Shown piece after piece: positions 33,575-42,230 of a DNA stretch of 64,000 nt. Where the stretch lies: assembly GCA_963850305.1 (NCBI GenBank), contig CAWKKR010000008.1:960001-1024000 (forward strand), written 5' to 3'. The notes beneath the pieces are model-generated. The model saw only the letters and a list, made by a program, of their open reading frames with translations. It had not been told where the DNA came from and ran no database searches. The stretch's first letter is position 1; each line of letters begins with the position of its first letter. The position numbers and the translations under genes are program-made. This DNA comes from an uncultured delta proteobacterium (GTDB taxonomy: Bacteria; Myxococcota_A; Polyangia; Polyangiales; Polyangiaceae).

Positions 33575-33658
33575 GCCTAACTAGCCGCTGAACCTGACGG
33601 TCGCCGGCGGTCGCTGCGCTCCCCCTGGCGCCCGCAGGTTAGCGCCAGTACGTTAGGC
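33575..33658 (+). other. attC4
   Basis: attC1 family. Confidence 0.92.
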
Positions 33659-33664
33659 AGACGA

Positions 33665-33970
33665 GTGGACTCCGAGACGCGACTTCGACGCCTTGCGAGT
33701 GTGGTTCAGACCAAACTCGACGAGTTGTATCGAGCGCCGAACGCTGCGCTCGCGGGGTCCGCACTGGACCAAGCGGGACTGCGCAATGGGTTCGAAATAG
33801 TCAGCGACTATGTCGATCACCGCGAGCAAGGTGTTGCGTTCGAGCATCTCCTCTACATGATTACTGAGCCCGGTTTGGTGTTGGACACCGCCGAGTTTCG
33901 CGATCTTGTTTCGATCGGGCGCAGCCTTGGGTTCGCCGAGACTCGCTGGGAACGTATTCGGCAAACGTAG
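33665..33970 (+). CDS. MafI-like immunity protein
   Basis: DYVDHREQGVAFEHLLYMI.E..L...LG.....W pattern. Confidence 0.6.
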   Translation: MDSETRLRRLASVVQTKLDELYRAPNAALAGSALDQAGLRNGFEIVSDYVDHREQGVAFEHLLYMITEPGLVLDTAEFRDLVSIGRSLGFAETRWERIRQT

Positions 33971-33985
33971 CCCTGATGCCGAGCT

Positions 33986-34131
33986 GCCTAACTAGCCGCT
34001 GAACCTGACGGGCGCGTTGGCAACTCGATGCCCCGAGCGGCGGGTTCGCTTCGCGCCCGCCGCTCGCTTCGCCGCGCCATCACCGTCGTCCTGCGCGTTG
34101 CGTTGCGCCGGCAGGTTAGCGCCGGTACGTT
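33986..34131 (+). other. attC5, interrupted in R' after GTT
   Basis: GCCTAAC...caggttagcgccggtacGTT followed by IS701 sequence. Confidence 0.88.
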
Positions 34132-35462
34132 CATGCGGCACGGGTAGGTTGCTCCTGCGGGCATCGCGAAGGTGGATGTGGCTGGTGACAGAGGGGGCAG
34201 CGCGGGAGCCAGCGGGCGAGGAAGAGGGCGATGGCGAGGCGAGCGGTGATGAAGGAGTCGGCGAAGTGTCGCTCAGGCCGCGACGGAGATCTGACCGTCT
34301 CGACTGCGCCCTCCGGCCGAGGGGGGAAAAGCGCTGACGCGCTCGGATATGACGAAGGCGTAGCAACATAAGACGACGGAGATGTGGTGATGCCAGCCGG
34401 TGAACGAGCGACCTTCGAAGTGGTCGAGTGCGAGTTCGCCCTTCAGGTCCTCGTACATGCGTTCGGTGCGCCAGCGTTCCTTGAAGATCCGGACGATCTG
34501 CTTCCGGCTCATGCGTCGCGGCAGCGTGGTGAGCGTGAATTTCGTGGGCTTTGTTTCGCCATCGAGCCACTCGGCGACGAGCCAGAGCGGCTCGTGGTCG
34601 GCCAGGGTGAGCCCGTCGTCATGCGTCGTCTTCACGCGCACGAAGCAGAAGTGCGAGATCAGTTTTGCCTTCGAGCCATGACGCCAGGTCACTTTGCGGA
34701 ACGCTTTTCGACCGAGCGCATCCGCCAATTCCAGAGCGGTCATCGCGTCCCCGCGCGCTCGGTCCAGACGATCGAGTCGCACCACGCGCAGGCTCGACGG
34801 GATGCCAACGCCGAAGTCGAATCCCATCGACCGGCTCGCGTTTCTGAACTCCGAGCTCGCGCCGTACGCACCGTCGGCCAGAACGATGTTGCCCGGGATC
34901 TCGGCGAGCTTGGCGCGCTCGATCATCTCGATGGCAAGCTCGATCTTGGTCTTGAACGTGACCGCATCGGGAATTCGCGCCTTGGCACGAAGGGCGGCTT
35001 CCGTTGCCCAGTTCTTGGGGAGATAGAGCTCGAAATCGAGTGGGATCTGCTCGCTGCTCGTCGCCACCGCGAGGCTGACCCCGACCTGGCAGTTCGTGAC
35101 CTTGCCCGCCGATCCAGTGTATTGGCGCTGCACGCCCACGGAGTGCGAGCCTTGCTTCAGGAAGCCCGTGTCGTCGACGATCCATGTCGTCACGGGTTCG
35201 CGCTTCTGCACGGCGTCGATTGCGTACCGAGCGGCCTCGAGGCGTACGGCACGATCATCCCATTCGCTTCGGCCGAGGAAGTAGCAGAGCTTGCTGTGCA
35301 CGTTGTTCGTCTGGCTCGGGTCGGCGCACGTTCTGGCCGCGATCGGCTCGGCGCTCTTGCGCTCACCGTCCCCCAGGATCCCGAAAGCGTACATCGCGAA
35401 CGACTCTCGCTTCCGCCAGTCCTTCAGGTGAGTGCCGACGCGGCCGAAGAACTGCTCGAGTC
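34132..35462 (-). mobile_element. IS701-family element fragment (transposase 34273 to ~35460, 5'-truncated)
   Basis: GERKSAEP, WIVDDTGFLKQG.HSVGVQRQYTG..GKVTNCQ, LADGAYG, RWRTE..YEDLKGEL.LDHFEGRSF.GWHHH. Confidence 0.92.
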
Positions 35463-35688
35463 AGGCAGACGCAGCGATCGCCCGCGCGACCTTCAGCGGC
35501 AGTTCGATCTCCGCAAAGCGATCCGCTTTGTAAAGGTAGTCCTCGCCCGACTCGTCCACCACGCGGATGAGACCCGGCCCTTCGGCGCCCTCGTCACCCA
35601 GGGCAACGTAGATCTTCTTCCGCTCAAGCGCGCCTTCGTAGCCCTTGTTCTTCAGGCATACGACGTATCTTCTTTTCGCGCGTGGCAT
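35461..35688 (-). CDS. Cassette 6 putative antitoxin/immunity protein
   Basis: CLKN.GY...LE..KIY, IRVVDESGEDYLY; TGATG-coupled to upstream gene. Confidence 0.75.
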   Translation of the reverse strand: MPRAKRRYVVCLKNKGYEGALERKKIYVALGDEGAEGPGLIRVVDESGEDYLYKADRFAEIELPLKVARAIAASA

Positions 35689-35924
35689 CAGGACTCCGTC
35701 AAAAAGCGCTTCACCTTCATCAGCACACGACCGACTCCGTGTGCCTCGTACCAGTGCACTTCCGCAATGCGGCGTTTCCCATCGAACTCGACTTTAGCAA
35801 TCCCCTTGAGCTTGCGCCATCGGCCAGAACCGTATCGCTTTCGGAGCATCGCGAGATCCCGGATCCCGCGCCCGGCCGCGATGGTCTCAACGTCCCGAAT
35901 CTCTCCGATGATCCTGAAGTCCAC
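35688..35924 (-). CDS. Cassette 6 putative toxin
   Basis: VETIAAGRGIRD..LRKRYG.GRWRKLKG..AEVHWYEAHGVG; small basic protein in inverted orientation. Confidence 0.75.
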   Translation of the reverse strand: MDFRIIGEIRDVETIAAGRGIRDLAMLRKRYGSGRWRKLKGIAKVEFDGKRRIAEVHWYEAHGVGRVLMKVKRFLTES

Positions 35925-35973
35925 CGCTCGCGTCTCCCTCGCCACCGTAGCGGATCGCGAACTGCGTGGCGCT

Positions 35974-36124
35974 GCCTAACTAGGCGTTGAACCTGCCGGG
36001 CGCTCCTTCCGCCCTGCGAGCCCTCGCAGGGTTCCCCTTCGGGTCCCCGCTCGCGATGGCGCATCTGCATCGTCGTCCTTCGCCGCTACGTTTGCGCCCG
36101 CAGGTTAACGCCGGTACGTTAGCC
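35974..36124 (+). other. attC6 (long family)
   Basis: GCCTAAC-taggcgttgaacctg...caggttaacgccggtac-GTTAGCC. Confidence 0.92.
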
Positions 36125-36141
36125 AGACTGAAGGTCACTCC

Positions 36142-36513
36142 ATGTATGGCGTTCGGAAGGATCTCGATCTCGCGCCTTTCGTTGGGTCGACGTTGAACCA
36201 GGTCGCGATCGGGCCGCATGATCTTCAGTTGCATTTCGATCGCGCGGATCCGGCGGACGGTTCGGCCTCCCTGTCCATCTGGGGCCGATTCGAGGTTCGG
36301 GATCGCGATGGCTCGATTCTGGAGGCCGGCACTCCCTCCGACACGCGCACCCGGTACCTGCAAGATCTGGTTGGTACCGTCGTGTCGTCGGCGACAGCGG
36401 AACCGCCTTCCGCGATCGTCCTCGCCTTCCGATCCGGCCGCTCCGTGCGTGTTGTTGATGACACCGACCAATACGAGTCCTTCGCGATCGAACCCGGCAA
36501 CGTGATCGTGTGA
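36142..36513 (+). CDS. Cassette 7 DUF6188-like protein
   Basis: MYG...LQLHF..SI.G..LVGTVV..L.F..G..D..QYESF.I pattern. Confidence 0.6.
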   Translation: MYGVRKDLDLAPFVGSTLNQVAIGPHDLQLHFDRADPADGSASLSIWGRFEVRDRDGSILEAGTPSDTRTRYLQDLVGTVVSSATAEPPSAIVLAFRSGRSVRVVDDTDQYESFAIEPGNVIV

Positions 36514-36519
36514 CGGGCT

Positions 36520-36638
36520 GGCTAACTAGCCGCTGAACCTGACGGGCGCGGTGGCGACCAGCGAGCTCGTGTTGCGGACGGTTCGACGCTGGGCCTCCGT
36601 GTGGCGTTGCGCCCGCAGGTGGCGCCGGTACGTTAGGC
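36520..36638 (+). other. attC7 (degenerate L')
   Basis: GGCTAAC...GTTAGGC. Confidence 0.85.
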
Positions 36639-36680
36639 AGACTCGTTTGGCTCCAGCGCGCTGTGTGCTAGATTCTCGCC

Positions 36681-36905
36681 ATGTCGCTCCGAGCTCGCGT
36701 TCACAACGGTCGACTGGTTCTGGACGAACCGACGTCGTTGCCCGAGGGTACCGTGCTCGACCTCGTTGCCGACGATCAGGACGACGACCTGACTCCTGCC
36801 GAGCTCGCTGAGCGAGACGCCGCGATCACGAAGGCGTGGCAGTCTGTCTTGCAGGGTCAAGGGCGGCCGGCGTCCGAAGTTCTCGCCGATCTCCGCCGTC
36901 GTTGA
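36681..36905 (+). CDS. Putative antitoxin
   Basis: Acidic 74 aa, LPEGTVLDL..PASEVLADL; coupled to RelE/ParE toxin. Confidence 0.8.
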   Translation: MSLRARVHNGRLVLDEPTSLPEGTVLDLVADDQDDDLTPAELAERDAAITKAWQSVLQGQGRPASEVLADLRRR

Positions 36906-37213
36906 TGTTGCCGGAGCCGATCGTCGCGCCCGAGGCGGACGCGCAGATTCAAGAGATCGATGTGTGGTGGCGCGCAAATCGCCCCGCTGCCCCTGACTTG
37001 TTTCGGGAGGAGCTTACCGGCGCCTTTCTCTCGATTCGCACGCTCCCACAGATGGGTCGTCCCATCCGTCACCATCGAGTCAAAGGCCTGCGTCGCGTCG
37101 TGCTCCGCGCGACGCGGTACCACGCCTACTATGTCGTGCATCGCAACGCGATCTTCATCCTCGCGATCTGGAGTGCCGTGCGCGGCTCCGGTCCTCCGCT
37201 CACCGCGGGCTGA
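36905..37213 (+). CDS. RelE/ParE family toxin
   Basis: APEA..QI.EI..WW..NRPAAP.LF..EL..P.MG, RYH.YY, ILAIW. Confidence 0.85.
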   Translation: MLPEPIVAPEADAQIQEIDVWWRANRPAAPDLFREELTGAFLSIRTLPQMGRPIRHHRVKGLRRVVLRATRYHAYYVVHRNAIFILAIWSAVRGSGPPLTAG

Positions 37214-37222
37214 CGGCACGCC

Positions 37223-37297
37223 GCCTAACTCACGGTTGCAGCGGACGGGCAGCTCGCTTCCGCTCGCCGTCCGCCGCTGAACCGTTGTACGTTAGCC
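37223..37297 (+). other. attC8 (short family)
   Basis: GCCTAAC-tcacggttgcagcggac...cgccgctgaaccgttgtac-GTTAGCC. Confidence 0.9.
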
Positions 37298-37346
37298 GGA
37301 CGAGGCGACTGCTAGCACGCGCGCCGTCCTCTGGTAGAGTTCCGTC

Positions 37347-37586
37347 ATGGACGCTGATCAGCTGCTTCGCGAGGCCATGCGTTTGCCACCTGAGGCGCGG
37401 GCGAAGCTTGCCGGAGAGCTCATCTCGAGCCTGGATGATTCCGCCCCAGATTCCGATCGCGATGTTGCGTGGGCCGCCGAGATCCGCCGCCGCATCGACG
37501 CCTACGACGCGGGCGAAGTGATGGCCGTTCCTGCTGATCAGCTTCTCGCGGATCTGAGGGCGATCTCGAGTGGCCGTACTTCTTGA
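37347..37586 (+). CDS. Addiction module antitoxin
   Basis: LPPEARAKLAGELISSLD..AWAAEIRRR. Confidence 0.88.
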   Translation: MDADQLLREAMRLPPEARAKLAGELISSLDDSAPDSDRDVAWAAEIRRRIDAYDAGEVMAVPADQLLADLRAISSGRTS

Positions 37587-37869
37587 CGTTCTTCCGGCTG
37601 CAGCCGAAGAAGCACGCGAGGCAGCCCAATGGTACGCAGCACGCAATCTCGCGGCTGCCGCCGGATTCGAGCTCGAGATTCGCCGCGCCTTCGCTGAGAT
37701 TGCTGCAGCGCCAGAGCGTTGGCCGGTGCATCTTGAAGGGACACGCCGATTCCTGCTCGATCGATTTCCGTATGAAGTGGTCTATCAATCGCGAGCAGAC
37801 CGCGTCCTCGTGATCGCGATCGCTCACTGCAGACGACGACCGGGTTACTGGCGCGAGCGCGCCGGCTAA
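37570..37869 (+). CDS. RelE/ParE family toxin
   Basis: EAAQWY, PERWP, RFPYEVVY, IAIAHCRRRPGYW. Confidence 0.9.
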   Translation: MAVLLDVLPAAAEEAREAAQWYAARNLAAAAGFELEIRRAFAEIAAAPERWPVHLEGTRRFLLDRFPYEVVYQSRADRVLVIAIAHCRRRPGYWRERAG

Positions 37870-38017
37870 CAAGGCGTTGAACCTGCCGGGCGCTACTGGC
37901 TTTCTGCAAGCCCTCGCGGGGGTTCCCCTTCGGGTCCCCCGCTCGCGATTGCCCGTCTGCATCGTCGTCCTCCGCGCACCGCGTTTGCGCCCGCAGGTTA
38001 ACGCCGGTACGTTAGAC
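37864..38017 (+). other. attC9 (long family)
   Basis: GGCTAAC...GTTAGAC. Confidence 0.92.
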
Positions 38018-38401
38018 AGAGCTGATTCATCCGACCATTCTGGTTGTCGGAAGTAAGAATGATCCTGAGCTCGCGTGCTTTTCGGAGTGAGAGATGGCGA
38101 CCTGTGAGCTCGCAGGCTGTTGGGTTTTCTGGCTGGAAAGGCCTTTCCGACCTGGGAGCTGGCGACCTGCCGTGTTCCATACAGACGTCGCGACGGCGCC
38201 TGCGAGCCGTATCGTGCTTGCCGGCGTCCTCGATTTGGTCGGGCGAGCTGATGCGTCTCGGCGAGCTGCATGCGCTTCTGCTCGCCGAGAGGCTCCAGAG
38301 GTCTGACCATTGACTGCTGGCGCTGTCGCGTCCCGCGAAGCAGACCGCATCCTGCCGCGGAAACAGGCGTTCCGAGAGAGTCGCGCGAGCCTGGCCCGCC
38401 T
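38012..38401. other. Cassette 10, apparently ORF-less
   Basis: Bounded by GTTAGAC and complementary GTCTAAC; no convincing cassette-filling ORF. Confidence 0.7.
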
Positions 38402-38540
38402 GTCTAACTAGCCGCTGAACCTGACGGGCGCGGTGGCGACGTGAAGGGCGAGCGGCCTCGCTGCGCTCGGTCGCCGGCGAGTTGCGGGGCTTGTCCTCCG
38501 CGTGACGTTGCGCCCGCAGGTTAGCGCCAGTACGTTGGGC
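38402..38540 (+). other. attC10
   Basis: GTCTAAC...GTTGGGC. Confidence 0.9.
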
Positions 38541-38581
38541 AGACGAACTCGTGTCGGCTTGAAGCGTTGCACGCCGTTGCT

Positions 38582-38935
38582 CTATCGCTGATCGAGAAAG
38601 TCAGGCGAGGCGATGAGGTTGCGACGGCGGAGCGGTTCGGGGCCGGCTCGTCTCGCAAGCTCGCGTGTGCGGGGCATTGACTCGAGGCCCGGGTCGAGAA
38701 AGAGCGGTTCGACCTGACCCCCGATCGACGAGGTCCACGGCGGGGCGGACTTACCGTCGCGGGAAGCTAGGAGCTCTGCCAGCGCAGCGGCGACGACCAT
38801 CTCGCGCGGCGTCAACCCGAGCGGGCGATCGCATCGATCCCATTCCAGATTCACTCGACGCGCATCGGCGACCCATTGGCGCGCAGCCAAGAGATCTCCC
38901 GCGAGGACTGCTTGAACGAGGTTACGGAGCTCCAT
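38582..38935 (-). CDS. Partner of DUF6036 nucleotidyltransferase
   Basis: MELRNLV..LAARQWVADA..P.W..PEPLRRRNL; overlaps the reconstructed stop of the upstream gene. Confidence 0.7.
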   Translation of the reverse strand: MELRNLVQAVLAGDLLAARQWVADARRVNLEWDRCDRPLGLTPREMVVAAALAELLASRDGKSAPPWTSSIGGQVEPLFLDPGLESMPRTRELARRAGPEPLRRRNLIASPDFLDQR

Positions 38936-39457
38936 GATGAATTGACTCCCACAGATCATGAAGCGCGTACGACGCCTTGTCCAGCTGCGGCGGCGGCACG
39001 AATGGCTCCAGGCGAGTCCAGACCTCTTGAATTGATCCTTCGATTTGCGAGAGCAAGAGTCGAGCGTCGGCCCGGTCGATAGCGTCGTAGCGTCGCGCCA
39101 GGCGGCGAGCTTCATGGCCAGAAGCTGTTCCATCGGTGCCGCGCGTGCGAGCAAAGCATCGGACTCGTACAGGACCGCGCCTCCGGTGACGCTGGTCATG
39201 AAACCTTTGGCCCCGTCGTTCAGCCAGTCCTCAGGCAGGTCGAGGCCCTCGGCGACACGCGCGGCGGCTGCACGGAGTTTCGACGCTTCTGGCGCAAGGA
39301 AGTACGCATCTACATCTTTCGTCGTTTCTCTCGCATTGAACAGGAGAACGAGTGCGGCTCCCCCGACGACCACGATTTCCCCGCGCTCGCCCACCGCTGC
39401 AAGTTCCTCGGACAGCGCGTCGAAAGCCGTTTTGATCTTCGCGGCGGAGAGGAGCAC
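38922..39457 (-). pseudogene. DUF6036-like nucleotidyltransferase with 8-bp duplication frameshift
   Basis: VVVGGAAL..RETTKDVD, LPEDWLND, LLAMKL.AWR; tagcgtcg duplicated at 39080-39095. Confidence 0.82.
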
Positions 39458-39491
39458 GTCCGAGAACGTATCACGGCCCGTCCTTGTCGCT

Positions 39492-39566
39492 GCCCAACTC
39501 CGCGTTGCAGCTGACGAGTCCCTCGCATACGCTCGGGCCTCGCAGCTGAACGCGCGAACGTTAGCC
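39492..39566 (+). other. attC11
   Basis: GCCCAAC-tccgcgttgcagctgac...cgcagctgaacgcgcgaac-GTTAGCC. Confidence 0.9.
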
Positions 39567-39616
39567 GGATGCATCCTCACGGCGTGCATTTGCGACCGGT
39601 GCTATCGTTCTTCACG

Positions 39617-39865
39617 ATGTCGACCGAAGAACTGCTCGCCCAGGTCCTCCGGCTTCCGCGAGCCGAACGTGCGCGCGTGACGAGCGAACTCCTCTCGAGT
39701 TTGGAGGAGCCCGAAGATATCGTCTCGCAGGCTTGGGCCGCGGAACTGGAGCGCCGATCTCGTGAGGTAGCAGAGGGAACCGTGCAGGCGGTGGACTGGG
39801 AGCACGCGAGACGCGACCTCCTTTCCGAGCTCAAGGCGCGACGTGCGGCTCGTAGTTCATCCTGA
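39617..39865 (+). CDS. Addiction module antitoxin
   Basis: LRLPRAERA..LLSSLE..AWAAELERR..DWE. Confidence 0.88.
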   Translation: MSTEELLAQVLRLPRAERARVTSELLSSLEEPEDIVSQAWAAELERRSREVAEGTVQAVDWEHARRDLLSELKARRAARSSS

Positions 39866-40165
39866 AGCCACGCTGGAAGTTCGCGCAGCAGCGATCTGGT
39901 AGGACGATCAGCGCGACGGCCTAGTCTAGGCGACGATCTGATCCTAGAGTTTGATCGTGGAATCGAAGCCATCCTCCGTCGGCCTGCATCCTTTCCACTT
40001 TGGACAGGGGTTCGCGGGAGCCCGATCCGGAAATTCGTGATCGATCGATTCCCGTACTCGATCGCTTTCGAGATCCATCCCGATCGCTTGGTGATACTCG
40101 CCTTCGCCCACGCAAAGCGCCGACCGCTGTACTGGCTGTCGCGACTTGATGCGGGCCCCGGCTAA
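39843..40165 (+). pseudogene. RelE/ParE toxin, inactivated
   Basis: VRLVVHPEA..AAIW*(TAG 39900-39902); ctag-t-ctag insertion; downstream RFPYSIAF..LAFAHAKRRPLYW. Confidence 0.85.
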
Positions 40166-40310
40166 CTAGGCGTTGAGCCTGTCGGGCGCTACTTCCGTCC
40201 TGCAAGCCCTCGCGGGGTTCCCCTTCGGGTCCCCCGCTCGCGGTGCCGCATCTGCATCGTCGTCCTCCGCGCTGCGTTTGCGCCCGCAGGTTAGCGCCAG
40301 TACGTTAGGC
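40160..40310 (+). other. attC12 (long family)
   Basis: GGCTAAC...GTTAGGC. Confidence 0.92.
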
Positions 40311-40318
40311 AGACTCGA

Positions 40319-40702
40319 ATGCACTTGGGACTACGCCTCCTCTTCTCAGCGGTCTTGCCCATTGCGGCTGCCGGATGCGGTACGAGTGTGTCTGTCCCTG
40401 ACACTCACTACCCACCGTATAACCACCCCGTCTTCCTCACGAAGGATCTACCTCCGGAAGGAGCGCAGGTCGAAGTCATCGGTCGGATCGAACTCCGACG
40501 TGGTTGGTACGCTTCAATGGATCCACTGCTCGACGAGTTGGTGGACCGCGCGCGCCAGGTGGGCGCAGACGGAGTCGTGCAGCTTCGAACGGGTAGAACC
40601 GTCACCCCTTTCGCGTGGGCGGTACCATATGCGGAGGGGCTCGCGGTGCGCTCGCAGGGTTTTGACTATCGGAGCTCCGGCATGGTTGGTCAGTGGCGCT
40701 AG
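40319..40702 (+). CDS. Cassette 13 lipoprotein (YbjQ/heavy-metal-binding-like fold possible)
   Basis: AAAGC lipobox; EVIG.I..L..RARQVGADGVV..G.AVR. Confidence 0.65.
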   Translation: MHLGLRLLFSAVLPIAAAGCGTSVSVPDTHYPPYNHPVFLTKDLPPEGAQVEVIGRIELRRGWYASMDPLLDELVDRARQVGADGVVQLRTGRTVTPFAWAVPYAEGLAVRSQGFDYRSSGMVGQWR

Positions 40703-40781
40703 GGCACCATGCGTCCCCGGAAGTTCGAGTCGCCACGGGACGATCCATTGGCGCGCGCAAATCCAAACACGCGACGTCGCT

Positions 40782-40865
40782 GCCTAACTAGCCGCTGAAC
40801 CTGACGGGCGCCGGCGGTCGCTTTGCTCCGTCTGGCGCCCGCAGGTTAACGCCGGTACGTTAGGC
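40782..40865 (+). other. attC13
   Basis: attC1 family. Confidence 0.92.
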
Positions 40866-40877
40866 GGACGCAGCGAA

Positions 40878-41110
40878 ATGCCGACCGTCCACCGCAGCGG
40901 TCCTTACCGCTTCTATTTCTACAGTCACGAGCCGAACGAGCCGCCGCACGTGCACGTCGACCGAGACGACCGGACGGCTAAGTTCTGGCTCGACCCGGTC
41001 GAACTTGCGACAAATCTGGGTTTCCCCGCGGTCGAGCTGGCGCGGATTGAGCGCATGGTACAATCCGACAGGCATTGCTGCAGAGCTGGCATGAGCACTT
41101 CGGATCCTAA
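40878..41110 (+). CDS. DUF4160 domain protein (frameshift near 41070 fuses it to DUF2442)
   Basis: MPTV..GPYRFYFYSHE.NEPPHVHV..AKFWL.PV.LA; natural end LLQSWHEHFGS* lies in another frame. Confidence 0.85.
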
Positions 41111-41363
41111 ACCCGGCGAACGTATCGTCGACGTACGCATCGACGAGCACACGCTCACCACCGACCTGGCGGATGGGCGCACCATCACCGTGCCGCTCGC
41201 GTGGTTTCCGCGCCTGCTTCACGCAACCCCACAAGCGCGTTCAAATTGGCGCCTCGCTGGAGGTGGTTTCGGAATCCACTGGCCGGACGTGGATGAAGAC
41301 CTCAGCGCGCAGGGACTTCTTCGTGGTGCGCCCGCTGCCGCACAGCGATCAGGCGCCGCCTAA
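41091..41363 (+). CDS. DUF2442 domain protein
   Basis: LADGRTITVPLAWFPRL..GIHWPDVDEDLS..GLL.G. Confidence 0.92.
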   Translation: MSTSDPKPGERIVDVRIDEHTLTTDLADGRTITVPLAWFPRLLHATPQARSNWRLAGGGFGIHWPDVDEDLSAQGLLRGAPAAAQRSGAA

Positions 41364-41441
41364 CTAGCCGCTGAACCTGACGGACGCCGACGGTCGCTGC
41401 GCTCCCTCTGGCGCCCGCAGGTTAACGCCGGTACGTTAGCT
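41358..41441 (+). other. attC14
   Basis: GCCTAAC...GTTAGCT. Confidence 0.9.
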
Positions 41442-41682
41442 AGAGCTCAGTCCTCCGACCAATCGGATGGTCAGAGGTTTGATTTTTTCGGGATTGGCGA
41501 TGTTTTTCTCAAGCTTTGCAGAGAGAGATGGCGACCTGTCGATCTCGACGGGCTGCTGATGTCGACTTGCCGACTTCCAAGTAGACCTCGCGACAGCGTC
41601 TGCCGGTCGAGTGGTGCTTGTGCCGGCGTCGTCGTTCGGTCGGGCGAGCTGCTGCGCCGAGCCGGGCTGCCTGCCGTCTCGA
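41436..41682. other. Cassette 15, ORF-less, truncated; homologous to cassette 10
   Basis: Shares GAGAGATGGCGACCTGT and GGTCGGGCGAGCTG with 38012-38401. Confidence 0.75.
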
Positions 41683-41920
41683 TTCCCGATCAGCCGGCGC
41701 ACGGCTTCGGGACGATTTGGAATCGTCCCCAACGAGCGAACCAGGTCCCGACCCTCGGCCACCGCAACGGCGATGGTTTCGGCGTGTACGTCCATACCAA
41801 CGAATGCGGTACTCTTGCTCATGACCGGCTCCTTTGACCTGTAGCTCTGCGTTCTCGGTTCCGTGCCTCGAACGTAACCTACGACCTGGTCAACTCGAGC
41901 CGGTCCTTCCATGATGACTA
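41683..41920 (-). mobile_element. IS110-family element: left end plus ~46 codons of transposase (start 41822)
   Basis: MSKSTAFVGMDVHAETIAVAVAE..LGTIPNRPEAVRRL; ~98-nt leader beginning TAGTCATCATGGAAGGACCGG. Confidence 0.88.
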
Positions 41921-41967
41921 GACCGACGGCTAAAGACGAGACGCGTCTATCCGGCGTTCCGCAGAGA

Positions 41968-41997
41968 TTGCGACCCCATTCCTACCGTGGTAGGAAT
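41968..41997 (+). promoter_or_regulatory. TA promoter with palindromic operator
   Basis: TTGCGA-17 nt-TAGGAA; perfect inverted repeat ATTCCTACC-gt-GGTAGGAAT at 41978-41997. Confidence 0.75.
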
Positions 41998-42002
41998 TCC
42001 TC

Positions 42003-42230
42003 ATGCCGCAGTCTGCAGCAAAACTTTCGGTGAGCATTCCGGCGAATCTGGCCACGGCCGTGCGTCGACGCGTCGGGAGTCGTGGCTTGTCCGGATTCGT
42101 TGCGAGAGCCATGGCCCACGAGTTGGAACGAGAGCAGCTCAGAGCCTTTCTCGCAGAACTCGACGAAGTCCACGGTCCCGTTTCAAAGGGTGTAGTGACC
42201 AAGGCACGACGGGCTTGGCCGAAGCGCTGA
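42003..42230 (+). CDS. Ribbon-helix-helix antitoxin
   Basis: KLSVSIP..VGSRGLSGFVARA..ELER..L.ELDEVHGPV. Confidence 0.82.
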   Translation: MPQSAAKLSVSIPANLATAVRRRVGSRGLSGFVARAMAHELEREQLRAFLAELDEVHGPVSKGVVTKARRAWPKR

